Source: Octopus sinensis (taxonomy: Eukaryota). Taken from it: a stretch of DNA of 64,000 nt. The stretch spans positions 206,832,001 through 206,896,000 of the forward strand of contig NC_042998.1 of NCBI RefSeq assembly GCF_006345805.1. The letters are read 5' to 3'. Positions 38,160 to 51,157 of this stretch are shown here, in pieces (the stretch's first letter is position 1; every line of letters starts with the position of its first letter). A model generated the notes under the pieces. It saw nothing but the letters and a program-made list of their open reading frames with translations. It was not told where the DNA came from and made no database searches. Position numbers and translations under genes: made by a program.

Positions 38160-38820
38160 GTGTGGCAAGAAGCTGGCTTCCCCATCACATTGTTCTGGGT
38201 TCAGTCCCACTGTGTAGCACCTTGGGCAAGTGTCTTCTACTATATAGCCTCGGGCCAACCAAAGCCTTGCGAGTGAATTTGATAAACAGAAATAGAAGGA
38301 AGCCTGTCATATGTGTATGTGTGTGTGTGCTTGGCCCCACCACCATTTAATACATAAAGCGCAATGGGCCATGATCGTGGCCCAGATAGATGCATTTAGT
38401 TTATGGACACTTGTTGGGGTCTAATGTCACTCAAATGCTTCGATACCCGACAGAATGTAAGAGGACTAATAGTTCAACAATTGACCTTTCGTATGATGTA
38501 AAACTTGTCACCATTATACACTAAAAAGATATTTTAACTATTTTGGGGGTTTTTTTGTGTGCATGGTAGTCTCATTTTCATAAAATGTGCTCAGCAGTCC
38601 ATACTATGTAAGTGCAAATCCCAGCACTTTAGGAGTTAACAACCTGTGTTGGTGTGTTTATGTCCCTGTAATCCAACTGTTCGACAAAAGAAACCGATAG
38701 TGTAAGTACCAGGTTTTAAAATAAAAATAAGTATTGCGGTGTCGAGTGGTTCAAGTAAAATTTCTCAAGATGGTATCCCAGCATGGGCACAGTCTAACGA
38801 CTGAAACAAGTAAAAGATAG
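38160..38820 (+). mobile_element. Family B SINE interrupted by a probable TTAA MITE (about 38347-38639)
   Basis: SINE halves flank an insert ending GCACTTTAGGAGTTAA. Confidence 0.65.
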
Positions 38821-39135
38821 TATAAAAGATATATACACGCAAACACACACAAATATATGCGTATGTGCATGTATGTATATGCATGTAAATATTTCTGTAT
38901 CCACACATCTACGTAAAAGGATCATCCATCAGTTTTGAGGTGTTTTATTATTTACTCCTTGAATATAATGTTTGTGGCTGAGTACTCCACTGACATGTGT
39001 ACTTGTAATAATGTAATTCAAAGACACAAGCAGCACAACACAATCTGTGGAAATGCATAAATAATATGTATTATATATATAAATAGATACATGAGTGTGT
39101 GTGTGTGTGTGTGTGTGCATGTTTATGTTAAACAG

Positions 39136-39335
39136 TCGTATGTCCAAAATTGGCCAAATGTGTTTTTTTTTTTCAATATTTATTTTTGCTTGCCATAACC
39201 GGTTCCTTCGGTCAAACTATCGTATCTCCAGCTGCTTCGGATGCCAAGATATCAAAACTGGTCAAAGTGTAATACAACGGTTTTGCTATGGAATGGTGAA
39301 ACTTTTCTGAAAAAGTAACATTTTGGACTTACGAC
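39136..39335. mobile_element. Unclassified MITE of about 200 bp
   Basis: TIRs GTCGTATGTCCAAAAT and ATTTTGGACTTACGAC. Confidence 0.6.
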
Positions 39336-39361
39336 ACTTTTGCATAATAACGATATATATA

Positions 39362-40190
39362 TCATGATCATCATCGTTTAACGTCCACTTTCCATGCTGG
39401 CATAGGTTGGACGATTTGACTGAGGACTGGCGAACCAGATGGCTGCACCAAGCTCCAATCTGATCTGGCAGAGTTTCAATAGCTGGATGCCCTACCTAAT
39501 GCCAAGCAGAGTTTAGTGTCCAATGAAGGAAAGGTATGCATAAGTGGGCTGGTTACACCTCTGGCATAGGCCATGGGTTATGATCTCACTTGGCTTGCTG
39601 GGTCTTCTCAAGCACAGCATATTTCCAAAGGTCAATAGTCATTGCCTCAGTGAGGCCTAATGTTAGAAGGCCGTGCTTCACCACCTCATCCCTGGTCTTC
39701 CTGGATCTACCTCTTCCACAGATTCCCTCAACCGCTAGGGTGTGGCACTTCACACAGCTATCCTCATCCATTCTCGCCACATGACCATACCAGAGCAGTC
39801 GTCTCTCTTGCACACCACATCTGATGCTTCTTAGGTCCAACTTTTCTCTCAAGGTACTTACACTGTTGAGTATGAGCACTGACATTACACATCCAGCGGA
39901 GCATACTGGCTTCATTTCTTGCGAGCTTACGCATATCCTCAGCAGTCACGGCCCATGTTTCACTGATATGTAGCATAGCTGTTTGTACACATGCATCATA
40001 CAGTCTACCTTTTGCTCTGAGCCAGAGGCGCTTTGTCACCAGCAGAGGTAAGAGCTCTCTGAACTTTGCCCAGGCTATTCTTATTCTAGCATCTACACTT
40101 TCAGCGAACCCACTCCCCACTACTGACTTGGTCACCTAGGTAATGGAAGCTATCAACTACTTCTAGTTTTTCTCCCTGGAATGTGGCAGA
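39362..40190 (-). mobile_element. RTE-clade LINE 3' fragment (ORF C-terminus, partly deleted 3' UTR, tail)
   Basis: RIRIAWAKFREL, SETWAVT, MLRWMCNV, RRLLWYGHVARM and GRGRSRKT motifs, continuous with the abundant (GAT)n-tailed repeat. Confidence 0.9.
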
Positions 40191-40198
40191 AGTTGTTC

Positions 40199-40227
<29 letters not shown>

Positions 40228-40229
<2 letters not shown>

Positions 40230-40358
40230 GCAGGAGTAGCTGTGTGGTAAGTAGCTTGGTTACCAACCACAAGATTGGCACCTTGGGCAAGTGTCTTCTA
40301 TAGCCAACCAAAGCTTTGTGAGTGGATTTGGTAGATGGAAACTGAAAGAAGCTCATAT

Positions 40359-40429
<71 letters not shown>

Positions 40430-40640
40430 CATGTGTTCGTGTCTTTATGTCCCCCCCACCATCACTTGACAACCAATGCTGGTGTGTTTACATCCCTGTA
40501 ACCTAGTGGTTTGGCAAAAGAGACCGATAGAATAAGTACTAGGCTTACAAAGATTAAGTCCTGGCGGGGGCAATTTGTTCGACTAAAGGTGGTGCTCCAG
40601 CATGACCGCAGTCAAATGACTGAAACAAGTAAAAGAATAA
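40228..40640 (+). mobile_element. Family B tRNA-SINE
   Basis: Head-to-tail match with an internal (TA)n. Confidence 0.8.
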
Positions 40641-41139
40641 ACACTCTTAATGCCCGGCCTGGGAATCGAAACTGATCCTATATCCACATGTCTGCTACCC
40701 TAACCACTGAGCCATTGCACCTCCTTATATATAGGTGTGTGTGTGTGTACATCTGCTCACTTCAACCTAACACAGGAACTATAGTAGTATTACAGCGTAC
40801 AAACTACTTCACAGCAATCTGCTATATTTGCTAAGCATGCTTTACTATGAACAGGAAAACTATTTACACCATTCTGCACTCAGTCAGAAGAGTTTCTGAA
40901 GACATATATTACAATATTTAGCAGTTTTTTTTTTTAAGATTTCTTAGCTGAGCCACTTCTAGTTTTTTCGTTCTAATTTTATCTATCACATAAACTTAAA
41001 ACAGTTGCTTTAATATAAATGGAGTAAAAAGTTAATTATTTACAGTTAATTATTTACAGTTCGTTTGACACATTGTATCAATATGAGTTAACATAGATAT
41101 GGGTGAGATGTGCACGAGTGTGTGTGTGATTGTGTCAAT

Positions 41140-41725
41140 TGGCACTTGTGCCAGTGGAACGTTAAAAGCACATCCGAATGTGGGGTGTAACCACCCCACT
41201 TGTGAGTACCCCTCATTCACTGGACAATAAACTTTGCTTGCGAAGACCTATTGAGGCAAGTGAAATCAAAAAAACTGATGTGGCCGATGACAGTACTGCC
41301 TGATTGGCACTTGTGCCAGTGGAACGTTAAAAGCACATCCGAGCATGATTGTTGCCAGGGCCAGGGATTGTCTCCCATGCTGGTGGCACGTAAAAAGCAC
41401 TATTCGAGCGTGACTGTTGCCAGCGTCGCCTTACCGGCACGTAAAAAAAAGCGTCATTCAAGCATGGTCATTGCCAGTGCCACCAAACTGGCTCCCGTGT
41501 AGGTAGCACATAAAAAACACCTTTTGAGCGTGGTCATTGCCAGAATCACCTGACTGGCCCTCATGCCGGTGGCACATAAAAGCACCCACTACATTCTCAG
41601 AGTGGTTGGCATTAGGAAGGACATCAAGCTGTAGATCAGATTGAGCCTGGCGCAGCCTCTGGTTCACCAGTCATCAGTCAAACCGTCCAACCCATGCCAG
41701 CATGGAAAGCAGACAAACAATGATG

Positions 41726-41756
<31 letters not shown>

Positions 41757-42148
41757 TAGATACATACACTATGTATTTTATCTTATTTTGAGTTATTTGA
41801 CTGTGGCCATGCTGGAGCACCACTTTGAATTTTAGTCAGATGAATCAGCTTCTACTGCATTTTTTAAGCCCTGTACTTATTCTATTGGTTACAGGGATGT
41901 AAACAGACCAACACCGAATATCAAGTGGTAGTGGGGAACAAACAGCTACAAAGAGACACAAACACACACACACATATATATATATATATATGCCAGGCTC
42001 CTTTCAGTTTTTTCTACCAAATCCACTCACAAGGCTTTGGTTGGCCTGAGGCTCTAATAGACACTTGCCCAAGTTGTCACACAGTGGGACTGAACCCAGA
42101 ACCAAGTGGTTGAGAAGAAACCTTCTTTCCACACAGTCACATCTGCAC

Positions 42149-42150
<2 letters not shown>
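41140..42150. mobile_element. RTE 3' UTR (about 41140-41727, +) and family B SINE (about 41780-42150, -)
   Basis: Family motifs. Confidence 0.75.
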
Positions 42151-42217
<67 letters not shown>

Positions 42218-42714
42218 TAATGGGAAATAGATGGAGAATGAAGAGAGAGCAAGCTGTGTTTCTTATGAAAAAAGAATCCCCTAAGTTTCTGAAGTTGCTT
42301 CAGGTTCATGGTTGAAAAGAAAATATAAGCAAAAAAAAAGGAAGTTTTACAGGAATTTTTTTTTTCATATATAGAAAAAGGATTTTAGCAGAGATGTTTA
42401 TTATGGAGCAGAGCCTGGGGGATTAGGATTAAGAACTTAAGATGTAAATATTTCTGAGTTACACATTTGAGAATCTGGTTGGAACTTAAGTCTACTTGCT
42501 ACAGTAATGTCTAGGGCATTCTTTAAAAAAAGAAAATTCAAAATCTATTGCTACCATGGAATAGGAATGGCAAAGAAATGTTTACCTATGTTTTGTACGT
42601 GAATAAATCAAGCTTTGGGTTGTTGTTTTTTTTTGTTCTGGAGATGTGTTAAAGACAGCTTTTACAGAAGTTTTACTCAAAATTTAGAAATAATAATCAA
42701 AAAATTGTCAGCTA

Positions 42715-43170
42715 AGACTCTACTCCCTGGAGAGAAGATGGGAGAGGTATGCAGTAATATATATCTGGAAGGAATTGTGCCAAATTTTGGCATTGAAAGC
42801 TACACCAATGCTAGAACGGGATGACACTGCATAGTGCCAAAGATCCTAGCAATGCCATCACACTTCAGGACCAGTTACTGCAACAGTCTGGGTTTCAGGG
42901 GCCCACAGCTTTTTAATATTCTCCCAAAGAGTCTGAGGAACTTGCACAAAGTAGATGTAGCAGTTTTTAAATCAAAGCTGGACCTCTTCCTGTCGAGAGT
43001 CCCAGATGAACCTACCTCACAGCAAGAGGTGCAAATGAGAGTAGCTGTATCAAACTCCATTCTTCACCAAGTGCCACATATTAGAGGAGGTTCGTCGCAA
43101 TAACAGTGTAGCACAAAACGGCGGTGCATCAGCATGGCCGCAGCTCTGAGCTGAAACTAAAAAAGAAAAA
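42715..43170 (+). mobile_element. CR1/L2-group LINE 3' end, probable partner of SINE family B
   Basis: RGPQLFNILPKSLRN...FKSKLDLFLSRVPDEP...SNSILHQ*, then GGCGGTGCATCAGCATGGCCGCAGCTCTGAGCTGAAACTAAAAAAG. Confidence 0.8.
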
Positions 43171-44061
43171 CTAAAACTTTTGACGAGCATTGTAAAACGA
43201 CTGTTATGCTGCCAAAGAAGCAAAGATCTTGATACTAGTTTGGAGCCATGTTTGTAGAAGCACTTTCACTTCCTCGACCCGAGAAAGACCCAACAACATT
43301 CATATATGAAATTCACATTTTACATTCCTTAAATTTAAAAAGCTTTTTTTCTGCCTAGTTAAAAAGAAGCCAATATTCTTTAACTTAGAAGGGTGGTGGA
43401 ACCAAAGGAATCTGCAGGGTTCCAGCTAAATACAGCTGTATCTAGTTGATTCAACCCTTTTACAATCTGCGTTGAAACACCCCACCAAAGTCAACTATGC
43501 CTTTTAACCTTTTACCAGTAATATATGCTGGTCCAGATTCAGTTCAGAAGGACAATTAACTTAACGAACTGTCCTTGTGACTAATTAACAAATTAATATA
43601 TTTTAAATCTAAAATTAGTGACAATTAGATCCTGCTTTTTGTTTTCTCTTTCATTCATGTTTTTCCTTCTTTAATTATTTTTTTTTTCAAGTGATAAAAA
43701 AATTTTATAAAACAAAAACTAAAAAAGATAAATCAATTTAAATGTGATCAACACCTTGTTTGTTTTTCTTTGTGCTTTTTAAATATTTTTTCTTGCTTCA
43801 ATGAAAATAGCAAAACAATATTAAATACCAGTAAGTTCCTTCAGAGGATATTTCATGTTAAACATATCTAAATGCTGCACCAGTTATGAAACAACTTGTG
43901 TAGCTACATACCGATCTTGGAATTGTCTCCCTTACCTTTCTTGACAAAAAGTATCATTAACTGTTGGGTCACTTTTCTTTCCATTCCATGTTTAATTTCA
44001 ATAAATAGAAAAAGTTAGGAGGCTCACAACATTAAGTATGGTTAGGCCTCATTTCACTATA

Positions 44062-45660
44062 CGGGGTACCCAAAAGTAACCAGAAATGTTCGCTGTGGGA
44101 CAAGCCCATTGTAGTTCAGGCTTCTGCCACTTGATGCGACCCTCAGGCATCAGTCTGCTGAACAGTGTCATTGGGTGTGGTCACAGTGCTACATGGCTGT
44201 GCTTCTCCCTTGTTTGTCGATTTTTGTGATGGCTGAAAGGGAGGGATAGGGTGCTTCTGTGAAATTCTGTTTTCTGCCGGGGAAATCGGCAGCTGAAACA
44301 GTTGTCGTTTAAAGGGATGCAGCCACGAGCAAAACACAAGTTTACAAGTGGTTTCCATGCTTTAGGAATGGTCACTTGTCACTTGAAGACCAACCTTGTT
44401 TAGGGCCATCATCAACCTCCCGAAAGAAAACCTCGTGAAAATTCATGAACTGATCATGGATGACTGTTGCCAAACAATTGATGAACTTGTTGATATGACC
44501 GGTATGTCCTGGATCTCCTACCAACGAGTTTTGAGCAAGGAATTGCAAATGAAAAGAGTAGCAGCAAAATTTGTGTCCCACTTGCTTATGGAAGATCAAA
44601 AGAAGTCATGACCGAATGCGTGTCGTGAACTGAAAGGACAGTTGGAAGTCGATCAGGACCTTTCTTCAAAGATCATCACTGGTGACAAAAGCTGGTGCTA
44701 CAGCTATGACCTGGAAACAAAGCCGCAATCAAGTTAATGGAAGCATTTGATTTCACCCCCCCCCCCCCCAAAAAAAAAGTGCGTCAAGTGAAGTCCGATG
44801 TCAAGACGATGCTGATCTGTTTTATCAATATGAAAGGAATTGTCCACCCAGAATTTGTTCCTCCCGGTCAAACTGTCAACCAGACATTTTACCTGACAGT
44901 TCTGAAGCGTTTGTGAAATGTGGTGAGACAAAAATGCCCGAACCAGTGACATGGAAAGTGGTAGTTTCATCACGACAATGCACCTGTGCACACTGCCATG
45001 AGTGCAAAACAGTTTTTGATAAAAACTGGTATGAGCCCGCTTCATATTCACTTGATCTGGCTCCCTGCAACTTTTTTGGTTCCCCTGAATGAAAAAAAAG
45101 TCCTTTAAAGGGAAACATTTTGCAGATGTGGAAGAGGTCATCATCATCATCATTTAGCATCCGCTTTCCATGCTAGCATGGGTTGGACGGTTCAACTGGG
45201 ATCTGTGAAGCCGGAAGGCCGCATCAGGCCCAGTCTGATCTGGCAGTGTTTCTACAGCTGGATGCCCTTCCTAACACCAACCACTCCATGAGTGTAGTGG
45301 GTGCTTTTTAGGTGCCAGACGGAGCTGGCAAATGGCCACGAACGGATGGTGCTTTTACGTGCCACCGGCATGGGGCCAGGCGAGGCTGGCAACGGACACG
45401 AACGGATGGTGCTTTTACGTGCCACCGGCACGGGGGCCAGGTGAGGTTGGCAACGGAAGAAAAAAATGAGAGAGGTGTTGAAAGGCATCACTTCACAAGA
45501 GTTCCAGGACTGCATCGAACAGCGGGTGGCAAATGCTTCCGGACTGATGCATTGCTTCAAATGGAGAATACTTTGAAGGCAATAAAAGTGTAAACATGTA
45601 AAACTAAATGAATAAAATAATAATATTGCAAAATTCCAGTTTCTTTTGGGTATCCCCTTG
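44062..45660 (+). mobile_element. Near full-length degenerate mariner, with an RTE 3' fragment inserted at about 45139-45456
   Basis: TA-flanked TIRs CGGGGTACCCAAAAGTAACCAGAA and TTCCAGTTTCTTTTGGGTATCCCCTTG. Motifs AAKFVSHLL, ITGDKSWCYSYD, HHDNAPVH and YSLDLAPCNF. Confidence 0.9.
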
Positions 45661-46282
45661 TACGTGCACAGATGAGTTTCCTTGCATCATCATACTGTAT
45701 ACCAAAAGGCAGCTAACCTGACAACATTTATCTCCTCTCCTGGAATGATTGGTTTCTCTGCAATAAGATGTTTGATGCATGTAATTTTGAATCCTGCAGG
45801 AAGCCCACACACCCTCCTTGCCCAGTAAACTGTGGTGGTGGTGGTGCTGAGGGGGTGGATGAATGAGTCACCAACCAATAGATCTGACTATGACACAGGT
45901 TATACTGGGTCACGTTACACCAGTAGCAGGGAAAAGCTAACCTCTCCTACAGCTGGTGCCGGACAAAAGTGTGTCCTTTTAGTAAGCCTTCTAAATGTGA
46001 TTCTAGAATACATCTTCTGGTTTAATGTCCACCTTTTGTGGGTTAGGTGGCATTTACTGAGGAAGATTTTCTATAGCCGGATGCCCTGTCAGTCACCAGT
46101 CATCTTTTCAAGCAAGGTTATACTTTCACAGAATATTGGAAATAAACAATGCTAGTTGTATGATGGTGACACTCATTTACAACTGTCACACAATATCAGG
46201 GCAAAGAGACATAAACATACACAGTCAGACATATATATATAGATATATACACGTGTGTGCATGTATATATATCATCGTTTAA

Positions 46283-47357
46283 CCCTTTCGTTACCAAACC
46301 GCCCGAAACCGGCCGAAAAAAATTTTGGTTAATGTGACCAAGCCGCCCAAAACCGCCCGAATTTACCTATTCATATTTAAATGAGAATATCAGAGCAAAT
46401 CTCTTTAGTACATTCGTGAAAACACGTATTATACTTCGTAAACACTTCAACTACAGTTTTGTACAAAAATCGAAGTGTAATTTTAATTCCGTGAATTTTG
46501 GGAGATTTTTTTCCGAAATTTGTTCCTATTGTGTTTTCAAAATTTGTAATTCTGACAAAAAATGGATACGAATTTCATTATATCAAGCAGCGAGTCAGAA
46601 TTCGAAGGATTTTCTACTGAAGACCTTGATAAATCTAACTCTATGACTGAAAAAAAAAAGCATGTGGTATTTGATAATGAATCTGATGTTTCATTTTCCG
46701 AAAGTGAAAACAGTGAATCCGAGAGCTCCGACAGCGATAAAGAAAATGAATTGGCACCTGAATGGAGTGAAAATTTAAAAACTGTTTCTTTCAGTGATTT
46801 TTCTGAAGAAACTGGACCAAGCCACAGACTTTCCCAGAAGAGTAAAGCCTTAGACTATTTCTTTTTACTTTTTCGAATGAGCCTATTTGAAATCATTACG
46901 GCGGAAACGAACCATTACGCTAAAAGTAAACAAAGCGAAAGAAACGATAGTTTGTTATTTCCCACAACCTTAAATGAAATTAAGACTATTTTGCCATAAA
47001 TATTATTATGGGTATCAGAAAATTACCCAGAATAACAAATTCTATCGTAAAATTTTGTTGTATACCCAATTGAATATTAGCTAATAACCCATTTTCTATA
47101 GCGATGTTTGAACAAAATTTTTATAATTTTATATTTTGTTGAATTTACCCTGTATCTACCTGCAATTAGAGTCACTTTGTGACAAAAATTATAGAATTGG
47201 TTGAGAACATTTCATTAAATTATCTTCCAAAATTCAAGTTAATATATTGATAAATAAAAAAGTTATAGTTGTTTAATGAAACCAGACTAAATTTATGATT
47301 ACGTTAGAAATTAATTGAAACACATAAGGGGTGTATTTTGGTCAGAAATATAGTAAC
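46283..47357 (+). mobile_element. Internally deleted piggyBac with the transposase N-terminus (ORF 46562-46999)
   Basis: TTAA-CCCTTTCGTTACCA left end; acidic leader, then DYFFLLF...IITAETNHYA...TTLNEIK, and a frameshift to IIMGIRKLP. Confidence 0.88.
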
Positions 47358-47392
47358 ATCCGTTTTCCATGCTAGCATGCGTTGGACGGATA

Positions 47393-48150
47393 TCTTTATA
47401 TATATAAAACTGAGAATGTGTGTCTGTCTGTCTGTGTGTTTCCCTAAAACTTGAGAACTACACAACCAATTTCATTCAAATTTTACACATGCCTTACTTA
47501 CACCAGTAATTTTGAATCCTGCAGGAAGCCCACACACCCTCCTTGCCCAGTAAACTGTGGTGGTGAAGGGGTGGATGAATGAGTCACCAACCAACAGCAA
47601 TATCATATTTTCTCCACTATTTCAGTATTACGTGTTAAAAGTGAAACAAAAACATCTCTCTATTTTATGTCAGATACTTTCACTTTAACAATAAAAATAA
47701 TAATAACAATTGAATTATATGTAGTAAGTAATAATTAAAATCAAACTAAAGTAACATAACAAAAGTAAAAATAGCAATTGGTATAAAATTGCATCAATGA
47801 CTTGAACTTGAATAAGTGGTTTCACATGAATGGGAATAAATTAAAAATAAAATTAGCGTGCAGAAATGGAATAGTCCAGATGGATAATAAAAAATTAAAT
47901 TAAAGAAAAGATTATTGTCTATAAAGTATACAATGTAGAGAAAAAAGAAGATTTGAACACATGGAGGAAAGCACCTTCGAAAAGTGTATTAGTGCGACTA
48001 TGAAAGATATCTAATCAGAGGTGGTAAATTCGCCACAATAGAAGCAAGGTTCGAGTCAACGGAGCGTGCAAGGGAGTACTCGACTCGAACTTAAAAAGGG
48101 AAATATTTTATTTTTACCTTTATATCTGGGACGCAGGACATCCCGGAAAA
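47393..48150 (+). mobile_element. Helitron 5' portion (3' boundary uncertain) containing a copy of local DNA
   Basis: A|TCTTTATATATATAAAA...(TGTC)n...CAACCAATTTCATTCAAATTT start, like the 5' end of 7263-7652. Confidence 0.6.
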
Positions 48151-48300
48151 AAATGGAGTGGTTGGCGTTAGGAAGGGCATCCAGCTGTAGAAACACTGCC
48201 AGATCAGACTGAAGCCTGGTGCAGCCTCCTGGCTCCCCAGACCCCGGTCGAACCGTCCAACCCATGCTAGCTTGGAAAATGGACGTTAAACGATGATGAT

Positions 48301-48516
48301 GTTTCATCCAGCCCATACCAGCACAGAAAACAGATGTTAAATGATGATGATGATGTTTCATCCAGCCCATACCAGCACAGAAAACAGATGTTAAATGATG
48401 ATGATGATGTTTCATCCAGCCCATACCAGCACAGAAAACAGATGTTAAATGATGATGATGATGTTTCATCCAGCCCATACCAGCACAGAAAACAGATGTT
48501 AAATGATGATGATGAT
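48301..48516 (+). repeat. Four identical 54-bp tandem units of an RTE 3' terminus
   Basis: GTTTCATCCAGCCCATACCAGCACAGAAAACAGATGTTAAATGATGATGATGAT x4, directly after the RTE fragment at 48155-48300. Confidence 0.92.
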
Positions 48517-48779
48517 GTTTCGGAAAATAATAAAAATTATGTTGTTTTTTTTTTGGTTTTTTTTTGTTTTAAATGAGTGTTTTTCATGAGAGCACAATGA
48601 AGAAGAATTAAAGATTTTAGATGCTGAAAGTGGGGAAAAAAAAATCATGGCACTTGAAATTGAAAGATGACTCACGTTCTTTATACATAACAATAACATC
48701 GAGCTAAAGAGATGTGCTTCAAGAGGACACAGCTTGGATTTTAACACTATCTACATTATATATATAAATATATATACAC

Positions 48780-48936
48780 GCTCTTGGAGTGGTTGGCATT
48801 AGGAAGCGCATCCAGCTGTAGAAACTCTGCCAGATCAGAAGGAGCCTGGTGCAGCCATCTGGTTTGCCAGTCCTCAGTCAAATCGTCCAACCCATGCTAG
48901 CATGGAAAGCGGACGTTAAATGATGATGATGATATA

Positions 48937-48973
<37 letters not shown>

Positions 48974-50480
48974 TTTTACTTGTTTCAGTCATTTGACTGT
49001 GGTCATACTGGAGCACTGCCTGTAGTCGAACTAATCATCCCCAGGACTTATTCTTTGTAAGCCTAATCCTTATTCTATCAGACACATACAAATATACCCC
49101 CCCTACACACACATATATATATATGCAACAGGCTTCTTTCAGTTTCCATCTACCAAATCCACTCATAAAGCTTCGGTTGGCCCGAGGCTATAGTAGAAGA
49201 CACTTGCCCAAGGTGCCACGCAGTGGGACTGAACTGGGAACCATGCAGTTGGGAAGCAAGCTTCTTACCACACAGCTATTCCTCTCTCGGAGTGGTTGGT
49301 GTTAGGAAGGGCATCCAGCTGTAGAAACACTGCCAGATCAGACTGGAGCCTGGCACAGCCTCCTGGCTTCCCAGACCCCGGTCGAACCGTCCAACCCATG
49401 CAAGCATGGAAAACGGATGTTAAACAACGATGATGATATATCTCTTTTCTTTTTCTCTCTTTTACTTGTTTTAGTCATTTGACTGCGGCCATGCTGGAGC
49501 ACCTCCTTTAATCGAGCAACTCGACCCCGGGACTTATTCTTTTTGTAAGCCCAGTACTTATTCTATCGGTCTCTTTTGCCGAACCGCTAAGTAATGGGGG
49601 ACATAAACACACCAGCATCGGTTGTCAAGCAATGCTAGGGGGACAAACACACTCACACAAACACACACACGCATATATATATATATATATATATACATAT
49701 ATATATGGGCTTCTTTCAGTTTCTGTCTACCAAATCCACTCACAAGGCTTTGGTTGGCCCGAGGCTATAGTAGAAGACACTTGCCGAAGGTGCCACGCAG
49801 TGGGACTGAACCCGGAACCATGTGGTTGGTAAACAAGCTACTTACCACACAGCCACTCCTATACATACACACAGGAGCTTCCATACAGCTTTTGTCTTCC
49901 ATATCAACTGGAAAGGCATTAGTTGGCAGAGGACTTTAGAAGAAACTTGTTCAAGGTGTTGCCCAATGGGAATGAACCCAAAACCAAAGAGCTGCAAAGC
50001 AAGCTTCTTAACCCCACATCCATAGCTGTGTCTGTATATACAGTTTGATAACGAAGGGAAACTACCTAGAGACGCCATCTGCATAGAAAACAGTTACCGA
50101 AGCTAGTAGTATACAATCTAATGTAGCAAGAAAGAAAAAAAAAACTTTGCTCAATCAAGCTTCTTGGCAGCACTAAGGAGAGACAAACATTGGGACAATT
50201 TCTAAGTCTTAAGAAATTCCAAGTTTACAAATGCTTACCGAATCTAAGATTTCAGAGTTGTCACCCCTGCCAGTCTTGGTAAGACTTAAACATTGGCAGA
50301 ATAATAGTTTTTTCTCAGTCTTTTACTTGTTTCGGTTAGACTGTGGCCATGCTGGGGCACTGACTGGAAGAATTTTTAGCCAAATGGATTGACTCTTTTG
50401 CTGAATTGCTAAATTACGGGAATGCAAAAATACATAACACTGGCTGTCAAGTGGCGGAGGTGGACAAACAAAACAAAAAT
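48780..50480. mobile_element. Cluster of alternating RTE 3' fragments (+) and family B SINEs (-)
   Basis: RTE about 48780-48933 and 49283-49438; SINE B about 48970-49277, 49455-49862, 49870-50030 and 50320-50480. Confidence 0.8.
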
Positions 50481-50499
50481 ACATATACATACATATATA

Positions 50500-51157
50500 C
50501 AGCAGAGGGAACCTGTGGAAGAGGTAGATCCAGGAAGACATGGGATGAGGTGGTGAAACACAACCTTCGAACATTGGGCCTCACAGAGACAATGACAAGT
50601 GACCGAGGTCTTTGGAGATATGCTGTGCTTGAGAAGACCAAGCAAGCCAAGTGAGACTGTAGCTGTGGCTTATGCCAGTGTCACATAACCGGTCTGTTTA
50701 AAAGTACCCTTCAATCGTCAGGCAACATGCTGTGCTTGAGAAGACCTGTGGAGTCAAATGAAATCATAGTTGTGACTGATACCAGTGCCCCCTGACTGGG
50801 TCCTGTGCTGGTGGCACATAAAAACCACCATTCGAGCATGGTCGATGCCAGTGCTGGTGACATGTAAAAAGCACCATTCAAGTGTTATCGATGCCAGTGC
50901 CACCTAACTGGCTCCCATGCCAGTGGCTTGTAAAAGGCACCATTTGCCTAACTGGCCCCCATGCCAGTGACATGAAAAAAAATCACCCACTAGACTTTCA
51001 GAGTAGTTAGCTATAGAAAGGGCATCCAGCTGCAGAAACCTTGCCAGATCAGATTGTAGCCTGGTGCAGCCTCCTGGTTTGCCAGTCCTCAGTCAAACCG
51101 TCCAACCCATGCCAGCATGGAAAGCCAACATTAAACAACAATGATGATGATGATGAT
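50500..51157 (+). mobile_element. RTE LINE 3' end with a complete repeat-containing 3' UTR
   Basis: EGTCGRGRSRKTWDEVVKH...LWRYAVLEKTKQAK* (stop 50654), then internal units and a (GAT)n tail. Confidence 0.9.
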
